Below, piece after piece: positions 21,976-31,866 of a DNA stretch of 38,210 nt (positions are counted from its first letter, which is position 1; every line of letters begins with the position of its first letter). The notes beneath the pieces are model-generated. The model made no database searches. It had not been told where the DNA came from and saw only the letters and a list, made by a program, of their open reading frames with translations. The translations under genes and the position numbers were made by a program. The stretch comes from Basidiobolus ranarum (lineage: Eukaryota), in contig JASJQH010006924.1 of assembly GCA_040143965.1 (NCBI GenBank), forward strand, positions 1 to 38,210, in the 5' to 3' direction.

Positions 21976-23229
21976 TTATACAATCAGTGATTTGAACCAA
22001 CTGTCTTCGAAAACCTCATTAATTGTAATACGAGTGTCGGGATTGGGGTCCAACATCTTACGAATTAAGGGGAACGATTTTTTGGGAATATGGACAAAGA
22101 AATCTTCATTGTCTCTATATTGCAAGTACAATGAATAGTTGCTCTCGGATGGCTTGGCTACATCCCAAGGGAACTTCTTCAACACCATGCAGAGATAGAC
22201 GATAGCAGCGGACCAGATATCAGCCTTAGCTGCATCATACAATTCCCCACTGAAGATTTCTGGTGCAATGTATGGGTCAGAGCCGGTAAGCTCACATGCC
22301 TTGGCATGACCCTCTTCGTTAACTGGGTCCAGGAAGATGAAGGCACATCCGAAATCAACTATCTTTAAGTTACCCTTCTCGTCAACGCAAAGATTCTCAA
22401 GCTTGAGGTCGCGATGAGCTACACCACGATAATGTAAGTAGGCAATGCCGCGCATCATTTGGACAAAGTATTGATTGATTTCTTGCATTGTTGCTTGGTC
22501 ATTTTTGATGACATTGAATAGATCTTGTGGACAGTATTCCATTACTGTATGGATTTGTTCGTTCTCCATAACCACATCAACCGTTTGGATTACATTTTCA
22601 TGGACAAGTGATGCAGCGATGTACACTTCATTACTGATCCATTCGTAATAGCGCTTCTCGTTCTCCCCTCTTCTCATTTTACGGAAACTCTTGACGGCAT
22701 ACTTCTTGCCAGTTTGAGGGCAAGTGGTTTTTCTTACTCCTCCCATGGGACCACAGAAGATAGAATCGGTGTATTCACCGTATAATTGATTTAGAGATGG
22801 GGCAACCCGTTTTCTTAACGCCTCCAACAATGGAGTATACTGTTGAACTGCTTGTTTTGGTAGAGATTTTTCCACTGGTTTGGTGGACTTGAAACTGGAA
22901 AAGAAGTTGAAATGTTTGGATGTAGAGGATTTACGATCTTTCTTGGTGTCTCTAAAAATGAATCTGCTAGGAACTTTGCACAGGGAAGACATACTAATGG
23001 TGAAATGATCATTGAGGTCAGTGGATGTGCTGGGATCCGAAGAAGCTATGCTGGAGTATCCAGATTTGATAGAGCAGTTATCAAATTTGGCGGAGCAGTG
23101 AGAAAAGAGACTTTCTTGAGAATGATAAGGAATATGTATCCCTTTGTTTGGAGAGTTTACACTCATGTGGTGAATGTTATCGACCCCACGATGATTGTAG
23201 GGGATCATTATAGGCTTAGTGGTAGACAT
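21976..23229 (-). CDS. Ser/Thr protein kinase, HAL/NPR-like, paralogue of 15969-17198
   Basis: Same catalytic motifs, shared N-terminal NKGIHIPYHSQESL, near-identical C-terminus. Confidence 0.94.
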   Translation of the reverse strand: MSTTKPIMIPYNHRGVDNIHHMSVNSPNKGIHIPYHSQESLFSHCSAKFDNCSIKSGYSSIASSDPSTSTDLNDHFTISMSSLCKVPSRFIFRDTKKDRKSSTSKHFNFFSSFKSTKPVEKSLPKQAVQQYTPLLEALRKRVAPSLNQLYGEYTDSIFCGPMGGVRKTTCPQTGKKYAVKSFRKMRRGENEKRYYEWISNEVYIAASLVHENVIQTVDVVMENEQIHTVMEYCPQDLFNVIKNDQATMQEINQYFVQMMRGIAYLHYRGVAHRDLKLENLCVDEKGNLKIVDFGCAFIFLDPVNEEGHAKACELTGSDPYIAPEIFSGELYDAAKADIWSAAIVYLCMVLKKFPWDVAKPSESNYSLYLQYRDNEDFFVHIPKKSFPLIRKMLDPNPDTRITINEVFEDSWFKSLIV

Positions 23230-24257
23230 TAGAATGTGAAGTTATTACTAGAACGCACTAGTATTTAAGTTATATGGTACACGATGCAGATTGAAAGCCT
23301 GCCACTCCGCTTATATAGAAAATCACTCAGGAAATCGCCCGGGAAATCATATCACCCACTATCTTCATCATCAATGTGAAATCCAATCGTATAATCCAAT
23401 CACGGAATATGCACACAATTGCCACCGCATAGCAAGGATTGATAGCAAGGTATATATATATATATACATTAATATTATTAGATTAAGCATTTATTGACTG
23501 CATTGAGTGAAACTGACATCATCCCTTTAAACTACCAAACTGCTAGAGGGATTACAACTTTGTCAAATCATGTATCTACTTTGCAGCTAACAGGTGAATT
23601 CAGTCCACACTGTCGCCCTTCGCAGATGGAATAATAGGATAGATTGGCATTCATTATTAGATAGAGACAATGTGTCAATCCACTAGAAGCAGGTAAAGAA
23701 TCCGATCGTCATTTGCTTTATGGTTCATTCACTACGCTGAGATCAATATGATGATAAGATCTGAAGTTAGGGTTGGTCTAAATTGGCATGCCAATAGCCA
23801 ATATTGGAAATAGAACGGAACCAACATTAACATTAGGAGCCACATTAAAACTGATTGAAAAACAAACAATATTTGCCTGGGTATTTTCATTCCCGATCTT
23901 ACTAATGGATCCGAGTTTCATGATGTAACTCGCCAAATATATCCAGCTTATCATAAATCACGATAAATAATCGACATCGCCGAAATAATGGTTATTATAT
24001 TATATAAGATTGTCATATGTTGGCTTAACATATTTTCCATACGAAAATGGTTTAACATTCACCCGTGCGGGAAACTGTATTTCCAAGTCACTAAAACTTG
24101 CCCCAAATATATTCAGTTAATCATGGGAGCTACGGGACTAAATACTACTACTTAATTTCCTTTTATGGTGTGCCAACCTACCCTTCTGTTTATCAAGAGG
24201 GTTTCTGGTTAAGGTGACTTAACCTCCATATCGTAGAGACCTCTGATAGGCAATTGA

Positions 24258-24314
24258 ATTCCTCTATTTTGCATTCCTCTATTTTACATTCCTCTATTTT
24301 GCATTCCTCTATTT
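24258..24314. repeat. 15-bp tandem repeat, about 4 copies
   Basis: attcctctattttRc repeated. Confidence 0.9.
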
Positions 24315-25087
24315 ACTCGAGATGAAGTGAGGGAGTAGTTTTGAGATGGGCTGAATACCCACTTATCATCCACTGCCTAATGTATTGCTACTTATTGTAA
24401 GTCACAAGACATCTTCAACAATGGTCAATTCCAACCATATGGTAGGTAGAATTGTGTTTGTAATTACAAGCCTGCTTACAGCCGGATACTCCATTATCCC
24501 GCTCTAACAAAAAAAATCCAATTCTGCTTCGAGTCATATCCAGGTGTGGTTTAATATTCAACCTCCCATCTGACAACTAGTTTATCAACACGATCGTAAT
24601 AGAGGCCTTATTTTTTAACTTCCTTATCTGAGGATTATATTCAATGCAAAGAATAAGCTCATTAGGGGTGTAATAGCTTTTCCATTGAACGTGTTCTCAC
24701 CGATATAGTACTTGGTATCCCCTTTTAAGGAGTTGAACAATCCAAACGTTTACCCGGCACTAACAAGGAAAAATCATTACCATTAGCACTAGACGTGAGA
24801 AGGCGTGAAGGGGCTAAAAATATCCAGGATGGAGATCTATGGATAGAGTTAGGTGAAGCGCTTCTAGTTTAAGCAAAGATATAAAGATTTTGACTTGCCA
24901 TAACATAAAGAGCGCAACAATGTTCTTCCGAAGACTTGATCAATGCTACTTTTCCTCGTGATCTTGGATATTTTATACTTTGTTGAGGTGAATCGAGATA
25001 ACGAGTGTCTTTTATCTGATGGCAAAATTTAATATAGTCAGCATATAGATTTAGGGTTAGCATCATCAAGATAGCTAGTGTTATTGG

Positions 25088-27643
25088 CTATGGTTTATTC
25101 TTTATGGAAATTAGCGATAGGCCGATTCTCTTTCGATTAATATCTATATTTTCTACACACACCTGGCATACCTGACCAGTTTGCAGTGTTTGATTACTCA
25201 TCTTAGAGATGTGGACCAATCCATTATCATGGATTCCTATATCAACAAACGCTCCAAATTGAGTGATGTTACTTACGGTTCCTTCCAGCTTCATCCCGAC
25301 TTTCAAGTCCCGGATATCTTGCACATCAGGGTCTAACTCCGCTACAACAAATGCTGACCGAGGATCTCTTCCGGGTTTTTCCAACTCGGCGATTATATCT
25401 TGGATGGTTATTACGCCGAAACCAGACTCAGGGTCAGTAAATTCCTTTGGATCAAGGCTACATAATGACCCCGGTCTAATCTTCTTGGTATCCTTAATTC
25501 CAAGTTTTTGAAGGATTTTACGTGCGATATGATATGACTCAGGGTGAATACCTGTACCATCTAACGGATCAACCTGCCCTTTTTTATCACTAATTGCGGT
25601 GGTCGGGATGCGCAAGAAACCTGCACACTGCTGAAATGTCTTTTTACCTAAACGAGGGACTTCGAGGAGTTGCCTTCGGTTTGTAAATGATCCATGTGTA
25701 TCTCGGTATTTTACTATCTCAGTTGCTGCTTTTTCTCCTAATCCAGAAACGTAGGTTAAAAGTTGCGCTGAAGCAGTGTTCAGCTGAACGCCAACTAGAT
25801 TAACACAATCCTCTACGGTACTTTCTAATGATTTCCCAAGTTTTGAAGGGTTGATGTCGTGTTGATATTGTCCAACCCCGAGTGACTTAGGATCTATTTT
25901 CACCAATTCCGCTAAAGGGTCTTGAAGTCGCCTAGCAATTGAGATAGCTCCTCTAATGGTCACATCCAGGTTAGGGAATTCTTTTATTGCCAGTGCCGAG
26001 GCCGAATATACGGAGGCCCCAGCTTCAGAGACAATAACTTTAGTTGGTTTGGCGATGTTTGTTTTGGCCTTACTTTGTCGTTCTTTGAAAGAGTCAAGAA
26101 GCTCTTGCACTAGCTTTGAGGTTTCTCTTGTGGCAGTTCCATTACCGATGGCTATTAGCCCTACCTTGTGCTTGATGCATAGATCCCAAAGGGCTTCTTG
26201 AGCCTCAGCCCATCGGCGTTGGGGTTGATGTGGATAGATAACAGTATGATCTAATAGTGCACCAGTGTCATCGATAACGGCTACCTTGACGCCTGTTCGA
26301 AATCCAGGATCGAGACCAATGCTTGGCTTTCGACCGGCGGGTGGTGATAACAAAATATCTCGGAGATTCGATGCAAAGATCTGGATTGCTTTGTCTTCAG
26401 CTTGCATCTTCAATTCTTTCATGATCTCTGCCTCAATCCTCTTGGCCATTTTGGTTGTCCATGCTTGCTTCACTATATCTTTCATAAAATGTTGATCGAA
26501 ATGGATTTCAAAATGACGAGCGATAAGTCTTAGATATTCTTCTGCATTTTTAATGGCAACCATGTCGTCACTATGCTTTTGCACGTTCGCCTCTTCCCTT
26601 TTCCTCTTTGTTGTGGTGTTTGGTGGTGATTTTGTTCTGATGGCTACTTGACATGTTAGAAAGCCCTCATTTTGACCACGTAAAATGGCCATTAACTGAT
26701 GGGATGCGATTCTACGAATACTTTCTTCTCGGTAGAAATAATCTCGATAGATGTCAGCGCCACGTTTACCTTCGATGTTCTTTTCCACGGTTTTAGAGGT
26801 TTTCCCCTTCTCATTTAATTTGGGTTTTTTACTGCTTTCACTTTTTGAAATCCCTTTTTTCGGTGTTACCATCAGATAACCGTATTTATTGATATTTTCT
26901 CTGATTTCTTGGGTCAAGTTAGGATCATCGGTGATCATATCCATTATAAGGGCTATAGTGCCCTCAAGAGCGAGTTGCTCGTCCTTCCTATATTCTAAAG
27001 CCTCGGGGGTGATATTTGAATCAAAACGGGTATTTTTTAAGAAATCTCTAGTAGCTGCCAATGCAATAGACCTCTTTTTTGGATGACTAGTGAAAAAATT
27101 CTTCGCCAAAGGTTGGAATCCAGCCTCCAAAGCCAATTTAGCTTTTGTGCCTTTTCTTTTAGGTTTAAAGGGTAGATAAATATCTTCCAAGTCGATCTTT
27201 TTGTAGGTAGTATTGATAAGTTTGGTTAAGGTTTCGTTTAAACAACCTTCTTTTTTTAAAGTTTTCAAGATAACTTGCTTTCTAGCTTCCAAGTCCAACA
27301 TATATTCTAAACGTTCTTCTAAACTTCGTAGTTTTATATCGGTCATATTTCCCGTTAACTCTTTACGGTATCTAGCGATAAAAGGAACAGTCATTTCTTC
27401 TCGTTTTAAAAGTCTTTGAACTGTATGGATTTGACTTGAAGTGACTTCGAATTCTTTTGCCAGAAAGTCTATTGTGTTTGTTGGAAGAGAAGTGATATTA
27501 TTGGTACTTTTTGTTAACCCAGAGTCGGATTCTGAATCGGAATCCACAAGTGCGTTCTTTGAAGTCATTATCGGGGGTATTATTCTAGAGTAAGGTCTTA
27601 GTCCAAGTATGTAAAGAGAAGGGGTGAATATCTTAGTTAGCAT
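25088..27643 (-). CDS. tex: Tex/YhgF family RNA-binding transcription accessory protein (Tex_N, YqgF, HhH and S1 domains), intronless
   Basis: Motifs TVPFIARYRKELTG, LEDIYLPFKPKR, GLDPGFRTGVK, IAIGNGTATRET, VSEAGASVYSAS, RRLQDPLAELVKIDPKSLGVGQYQHD, KPGRDPR, FGAFVDIG. Alternative start at 27568. Confidence 0.95.
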   Translation of the reverse strand: MLTKIFTPSLYILGLRPYSRIIPPIMTSKNALVDSDSESDSGLTKSTNNITSLPTNTIDFLAKEFEVTSSQIHTVQRLLKREEMTVPFIARYRKELTGNMTDIKLRSLEERLEYMLDLEARKQVILKTLKKEGCLNETLTKLINTTYKKIDLEDIYLPFKPKRKGTKAKLALEAGFQPLAKNFFTSHPKKRSIALAATRDFLKNTRFDSNITPEALEYRKDEQLALEGTIALIMDMITDDPNLTQEIRENINKYGYLMVTPKKGISKSESSKKPKLNEKGKTSKTVEKNIEGKRGADIYRDYFYREESIRRIASHQLMAILRGQNEGFLTCQVAIRTKSPPNTTTKRKREEANVQKHSDDMVAIKNAEEYLRLIARHFEIHFDQHFMKDIVKQAWTTKMAKRIEAEIMKELKMQAEDKAIQIFASNLRDILLSPPAGRKPSIGLDPGFRTGVKVAVIDDTGALLDHTVIYPHQPQRRWAEAQEALWDLCIKHKVGLIAIGNGTATRETSKLVQELLDSFKERQSKAKTNIAKPTKVIVSEAGASVYSASALAIKEFPNLDVTIRGAISIARRLQDPLAELVKIDPKSLGVGQYQHDINPSKLGKSLESTVEDCVNLVGVQLNTASAQLLTYVSGLGEKAATEIVKYRDTHGSFTNRRQLLEVPRLGKKTFQQCAGFLRIPTTAISDKKGQVDPLDGTGIHPESYHIARKILQKLGIKDTKKIRPGSLCSLDPKEFTDPESGFGVITIQDIIAELEKPGRDPRSAFVVAELDPDVQDIRDLKVGMKLEGTVSNITQFGAFVDIGIHDNGLVHISKMSNQTLQTGQVCQVCVENIDINRKRIGLSLISIKNKP

Positions 27644-27844
27644 AATGCGATATGAGTTGTTATGAGTAGGCTAGATAATGTTTAGATTTTTTTTGATTAT
27701 TATTGATTTCCTTTGTTTAGTGTTAACCAATCAATGATTCCTATCAAAAATAATTTCTTTGTCACTATATATTGAGTTTTCTTGTCCCATGATTTCTCAG
27801 ATCGAATAAATACCCCCGCTCTTTCCTGTGGAGAAATTATCAAT

Positions 27845-27988
27845 AAGGCCCTATCGAAGCTCTGATGCTTAGTTTCTCCATATGCTTACAGAGTCAATGT
27901 GTGGCCCATATGGTAAAAGTCCCAATAATGGCATATGGCGGTGCTCAATAAATTGTTGCCCGACTAAAGAAACCATATTGGTACATAA
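27845..27988 (+). ncRNA. Box H/ACA snoRNA, SNORA16/snR46-like, copy 1
   Basis: Hairpin 1: GGCC..CTCTG/CAGAG..GGCC, with pocket strands ATCGAAG and TCAA complementary to conserved LSU rRNA UUGA-UN-CUUCGAU. H-like box ATATGG. Hairpin 2: CCAATaATGG/CCATATTGG. ACA at 27983-27985. Confidence 0.8.
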
Positions 27989-28473
27989 TTCTTAATCCAA
28001 TTTCAAATTACATTACTTAACTTAATCAATGATTCCATTCATCTGGATTGTACTTCCAGTATACTACTGCGAACTTATTATTCGATTTCTAATGTTGTTA
28101 CGAAAGAGAACGTATCAGGACAACGATTAAATATTTTACGATTAAAATATTTGTTTGACAGAATCTCTGGGTTTTGAGAGGTATGATTGGCATTATTGGT
28201 CACTATGATTAGCTAGTACTGTATCTTATATTATGATGCATAAAAGTGAGCAAAGGAAGGTAAAACTTTCGAGTCAGTGAGATACTCGTTGAGCAATGAG
28301 AGAGAATAATTATGGAGTACATAAAACTGCGAAATTAGAGAAGAATTTTAAGGGATCCAAATCGAGATAAAAATTAAGCTAAAGTTAAAATCCCACTAAA
28401 AGATAACTGAGCGTTCCATGATTTCCCAGAATAAATAAATACTTCAACTCCAACCCAAAGTAAAATTATCAAT

Positions 28474-28616
28474 AAGGCCCTATCGAAGCTCTGATGCGTT
28501 GTTTCTCCATACGCTTACAGAGTCAATGTGTGGCCCAGATGGTAAAAGTCCTAACAATGGTATATGGCATGCTCAATAAAAAGTTGCTCGACTAATTAAA
28601 CCATGTTGGTACATAC
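28474..28616 (+). ncRNA. Box H/ACA snoRNA, SNORA16/snR46-like, copy 2
   Basis: Same guide pocket, H-like box AGATGG, a compensatory T-A to C-G change in the hairpin 2 stem (CTAACaATGG/CCATGTTGG), and ACA at 28611-28613. Confidence 0.8.
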
Positions 28617-29386
28617 ACTCTAAACATCAAAATTCCAATCAAAAACCAAAATATCAATCCACCCCACAACCGTACTTATTTTAAAGGTATATAACTAAAC
28701 GTACACCTCCACATCATCCTATAATGCATTGTGTGTTATATATATGGAGAAGTGCTATGAGCTAGTATTAATGGCAATTGTTTTATTAGCCTGATAATAA
28801 GAATACTACTAACGAACATACTTGAATTCTAATTATTGCTACTCCATCATTTCACCTTATCAGGATAATGATTGTCGGATTGACTAAGCAGTATATCAAA
28901 AGTTCCATGTCACCACTAAGAGATAGTAAAGCCCAAGTAAAAGCGATCTTTAAAGCAGAACCAAAGTAGGAGAATACACTCAGACACCCAGACACTCCAG
29001 CATGGTGCATCTTGAAAGGAGTAACTTGGAGAATGAGTGGGATAGCTTGGAGAGCTCGACCCCTGGTTATCTCCTTTGATTTATGTCACATACTATTACT
29101 AATCCTATTACATACATACTACTACTAACTCTATTATGCTGCGACTATGAAGCTCCTTAATGGATGGAGTTATTTCGGCATTTCGAGTAGGATGATCAAA
29201 GTTATTAAAGCACAGATCATACCTAATAAAGATTAATGCCAGAGCTGGTTGCAGATCTAGTGTATGCTTACAGTCACAATCTTTGATATAATTAGGTTGA
29301 TGTATATAAACGTACCAGAGCGAACCAGAAACAACATCCTTCGCACTTCTCACACATCTAATTACGCGACGTCTCTTACGGTCAAG

Positions 29387-29731
29387 ATGTTTTCTTTCTC
29401 ATATGATGATTGCCCAATTGATCTACTTCGGCATTTACTAAGCTCCCAAAAAGAAAAGAAACCTTCCATGGCTCCATTATTACAAAAAAGACTACGAGAG
29501 ATAACTGACCTAGTGTTCCTAGGCAGTGAAAAATCTACAACCGACTCTACTGAGAAAATCCCCCCAAGCTTGGATTATTCTGATGATTTGGAGCGCGTGC
29601 GCATCAAGTTGAGAGAAGTTCTGTTTGCTGACGCGATTGCCATGGGATTTACTGGTGATGCCAATGATACAAAGTTTGAGACTTTGAAGTTCACCCTAAC
29701 CCCAAAGGTAGCTCGCAATTGGAGTTCCTAG
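29387..29731 (+). CDS. Hypothetical protein, about 114 aa, ending in TLKFTLTP
   Basis: TATATAAA at about 29303 precedes the ATG at 29387; the composition is protein-like. The ORF track start (29264) lies upstream of the TATA box. Confidence 0.65.
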   Translation: MFSFSYDDCPIDLLRHLLSSQKEKKPSMAPLLQKRLREITDLVFLGSEKSTTDSTEKIPPSLDYSDDLERVRIKLREVLFADAIAMGFTGDANDTKFETLKFTLTPKVARNWSS

Positions 29732-29825
29732 TATCAACACGGTTATATCGCAATTGGAGTTCCTAGTAACACCTAGTCAACACGGGTATATCGCAATTGG
29801 AGTACCTGGTATCGACACGAGTATA
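29713..29825 (+). repeat. Triplication (35-43 bp period) spanning the stop codon of the preceding gene
   Basis: tcgcaattggagtWcctRgta at 29713, 29748 and 29791. Confidence 0.9.
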
Positions 29826-30291
29826 AACACAGGCTGTAAATAATATCTCATATTTTGATTCCACACCTCCGCACCTCCGCTAATCTCGCATCACACCATT
29901 AATTCTATCTAATTATTATTGCTCCGTCTACTTAATCTTCCCTCCAATCCATATTCTAATCTAATTAATTGTTTCTTTAATCCGTGATGAGTTGATTCAA
30001 AGTTCTGCCACGTGTTAAGATAGTTCATCAGTCTGATGCCTTTATTAGGTTAAAAGGATGACCTTCGAAGGTTGATGAAAGAAGCCTCTCAAACAATCGA
30101 GATTTTTCCATCAAACCTCCACCAATCAAATGTCATTGAGTGTCAAGTGCCGCAGACCTAACTAAAGTTCTACGTGGAGTAAAATGGAGTATCCAACGAC
30201 GTGTGTGCAGTTGTGTGGGTGGATGTAGTATATAAGCAACAATTTACCACCCACCTTCTGACACACAACGAATACTTCTGAAGCAATCAAC

Positions 30292-30747
30292 ATGAAATTC
30301 ATCAGCTCTGGTTCTATCCTTACCTGCCTTCTTGCCGCCCAACTTTCTGAGGGGTTTTTACTTCCAACGATGGGAAATTTCCCGACGTTCAACGAGTTAG
30401 AATCCCATTTCAACCAGATAAGAAGTGACATGACTAGTTTCACACCCACAGTTCGCAGTCGTACATATCCTGAGGAATATGTCATCCAAATGGAAGTCCC
30501 GGGATTCTCCTCCAACGAGTTAAATCTATCGTTCAAGAATTTCAACCTTTTAGTCGAAGGTGAACACAAATGTGACGACGAAAAAGACCGTGACTGTCTA
30601 TCGAAGTCCATCAGCCAAGCGTTTTATCTGCCACGGGATGTCAATCCCGATAAAATCGAATCTACTTTGGAGAATGGGATACTTACCATACGAAGTGGCA
30701 GGAACGAGACACCCGAGAAGAAAATAAGTGTCCATTCAAATAACTGA
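30292..30747 (+). CDS. Small heat-shock protein (HSP20/alpha-crystallin domain) with an N-terminal signal peptide
   Basis: EYVIQMEVPGF..ELNLSF, FYLPRDVNPDKIESTLENGILTI, C-terminal ISV motif, MKF-type leader. TATAA at about 30231. Confidence 0.9.
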   Translation: MKFISSGSILTCLLAAQLSEGFLLPTMGNFPTFNELESHFNQIRSDMTSFTPTVRSRTYPEEYVIQMEVPGFSSNELNLSFKNFNLLVEGEHKCDDEKDRDCLSKSISQAFYLPRDVNPDKIESTLENGILTIRSGRNETPEKKISVHSNN

Positions 30748-31074
30748 TTCACGTAAATAAATAAAATGCGATCTTTTCATCTGACCAATGAATGTTTCCC
30801 ATTGCTGTATCCTAATAGAGGAATCTGGGGTGGCTTAGTGACGGGTCATAATGACCTAAGAGTTATCGGTAATTTAAAGGTGAAACCAGTAATAGTTTAT
30901 GAGTTATTTGAAACTCTATTGTATCTGGAATTTGAAACGCAAATCCTTCAATCATTGTCTACTAAAGAACTTTCTCCCCTCAAGTTTTCCAATTGAATGA
31001 TAACTTCATTGAATTGATTTCTCCCCCTCCTCATGCACTGGTGAATTCTTCCAACTAACCCTAATTTCCTTTGT

Positions 31075-31665
31075 ATGGTCCAAAATTCAACATTTAACAA
31101 GTTGGGCTTATATCCTAAGGCTTGGGCAGCCAAGTACAGGACATCCCTACGCGACACATCAGATACTAACTTAAACCCCATTAATCATCTCCTAACTAGC
31201 CATTTAACCCACTCCACTAATCACCAGTCTTCTCACACTAATCAAGAGAAATCAGTTCTGATTACGCCTAAGATACATTGTGAGATTGACAGGCTTCCCA
31301 ACGAGATTCTGTGGGAAATATTCCACCATGTAGATGGTTCGGAGTTGTTAAAACTTGAATTGGTATGCAAGAGATGGAAATTCTTGGGAGAATCGGAGAT
31401 TCTATGGTATAGGAAGTGTACACATGAGTTCCCATTCCTCTGTTTACCAGTTGGATGTCATCCGGTGATATTAGACTTGAGGGAGGAGAATCAAGAAAGC
31501 ATTCCATCTTCTTCCATTGTGACTTACGTCAATCCTGAAAGTGATGGTCACATGTATAAACGACATTTTTCCATTCCATTTTTACCTTCTTCCCCTACAA
31601 TAAAGATCAACGGACATTGGAGTTACCGTAGCATTTATTGGGAACTAAATAGAATATGGTATTGA
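31075..31665 (+). CDS. F-box protein (196 aa)
   Basis: IDRLPNEILWEIFHHVDGSELLKLELVCKRWKFL...LWYRKC. Confidence 0.85.
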   Translation: MVQNSTFNKLGLYPKAWAAKYRTSLRDTSDTNLNPINHLLTSHLTHSTNHQSSHTNQEKSVLITPKIHCEIDRLPNEILWEIFHHVDGSELLKLELVCKRWKFLGESEILWYRKCTHEFPFLCLPVGCHPVILDLREENQESIPSSSIVTYVNPESDGHMYKRHFSIPFLPSSPTIKINGHWSYRSIYWELNRIWY

Positions 31666-31866
31666 TAGATTTAACGGCAACTAATTCATGTATAACTAAC
31701 TAAACCTTAAAGTGATCTTCATTAACCATTAACCCTAACATAAAGCTTGGTAAATAAAAGAGAGGGGCGAGTTTTTTTTGGGAGATAATTGACGAAAGGT
31801 TGGAAGAAAAGGTAGTTCAAGTTATACATCAATATGCAATATGTGACATGGAATTTACACATTTTT

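Noticed and set aside
27912-27985. GGTAAAAGTCCC (RNase MRP CR-I-like) and AAACCAT (U17/snR30 m2-like) motifs
   Set aside because: There is no CR-V partner and no m1 motif. The SNORA16-like H/ACA fold explains the sequence better.
29713-29825. Repeat-spacer-like pattern resembling CRISPR
   Set aside because: The spacers are homologous to each other, the context is eukaryotic and there are no cas genes. It is a simple tandem triplication.
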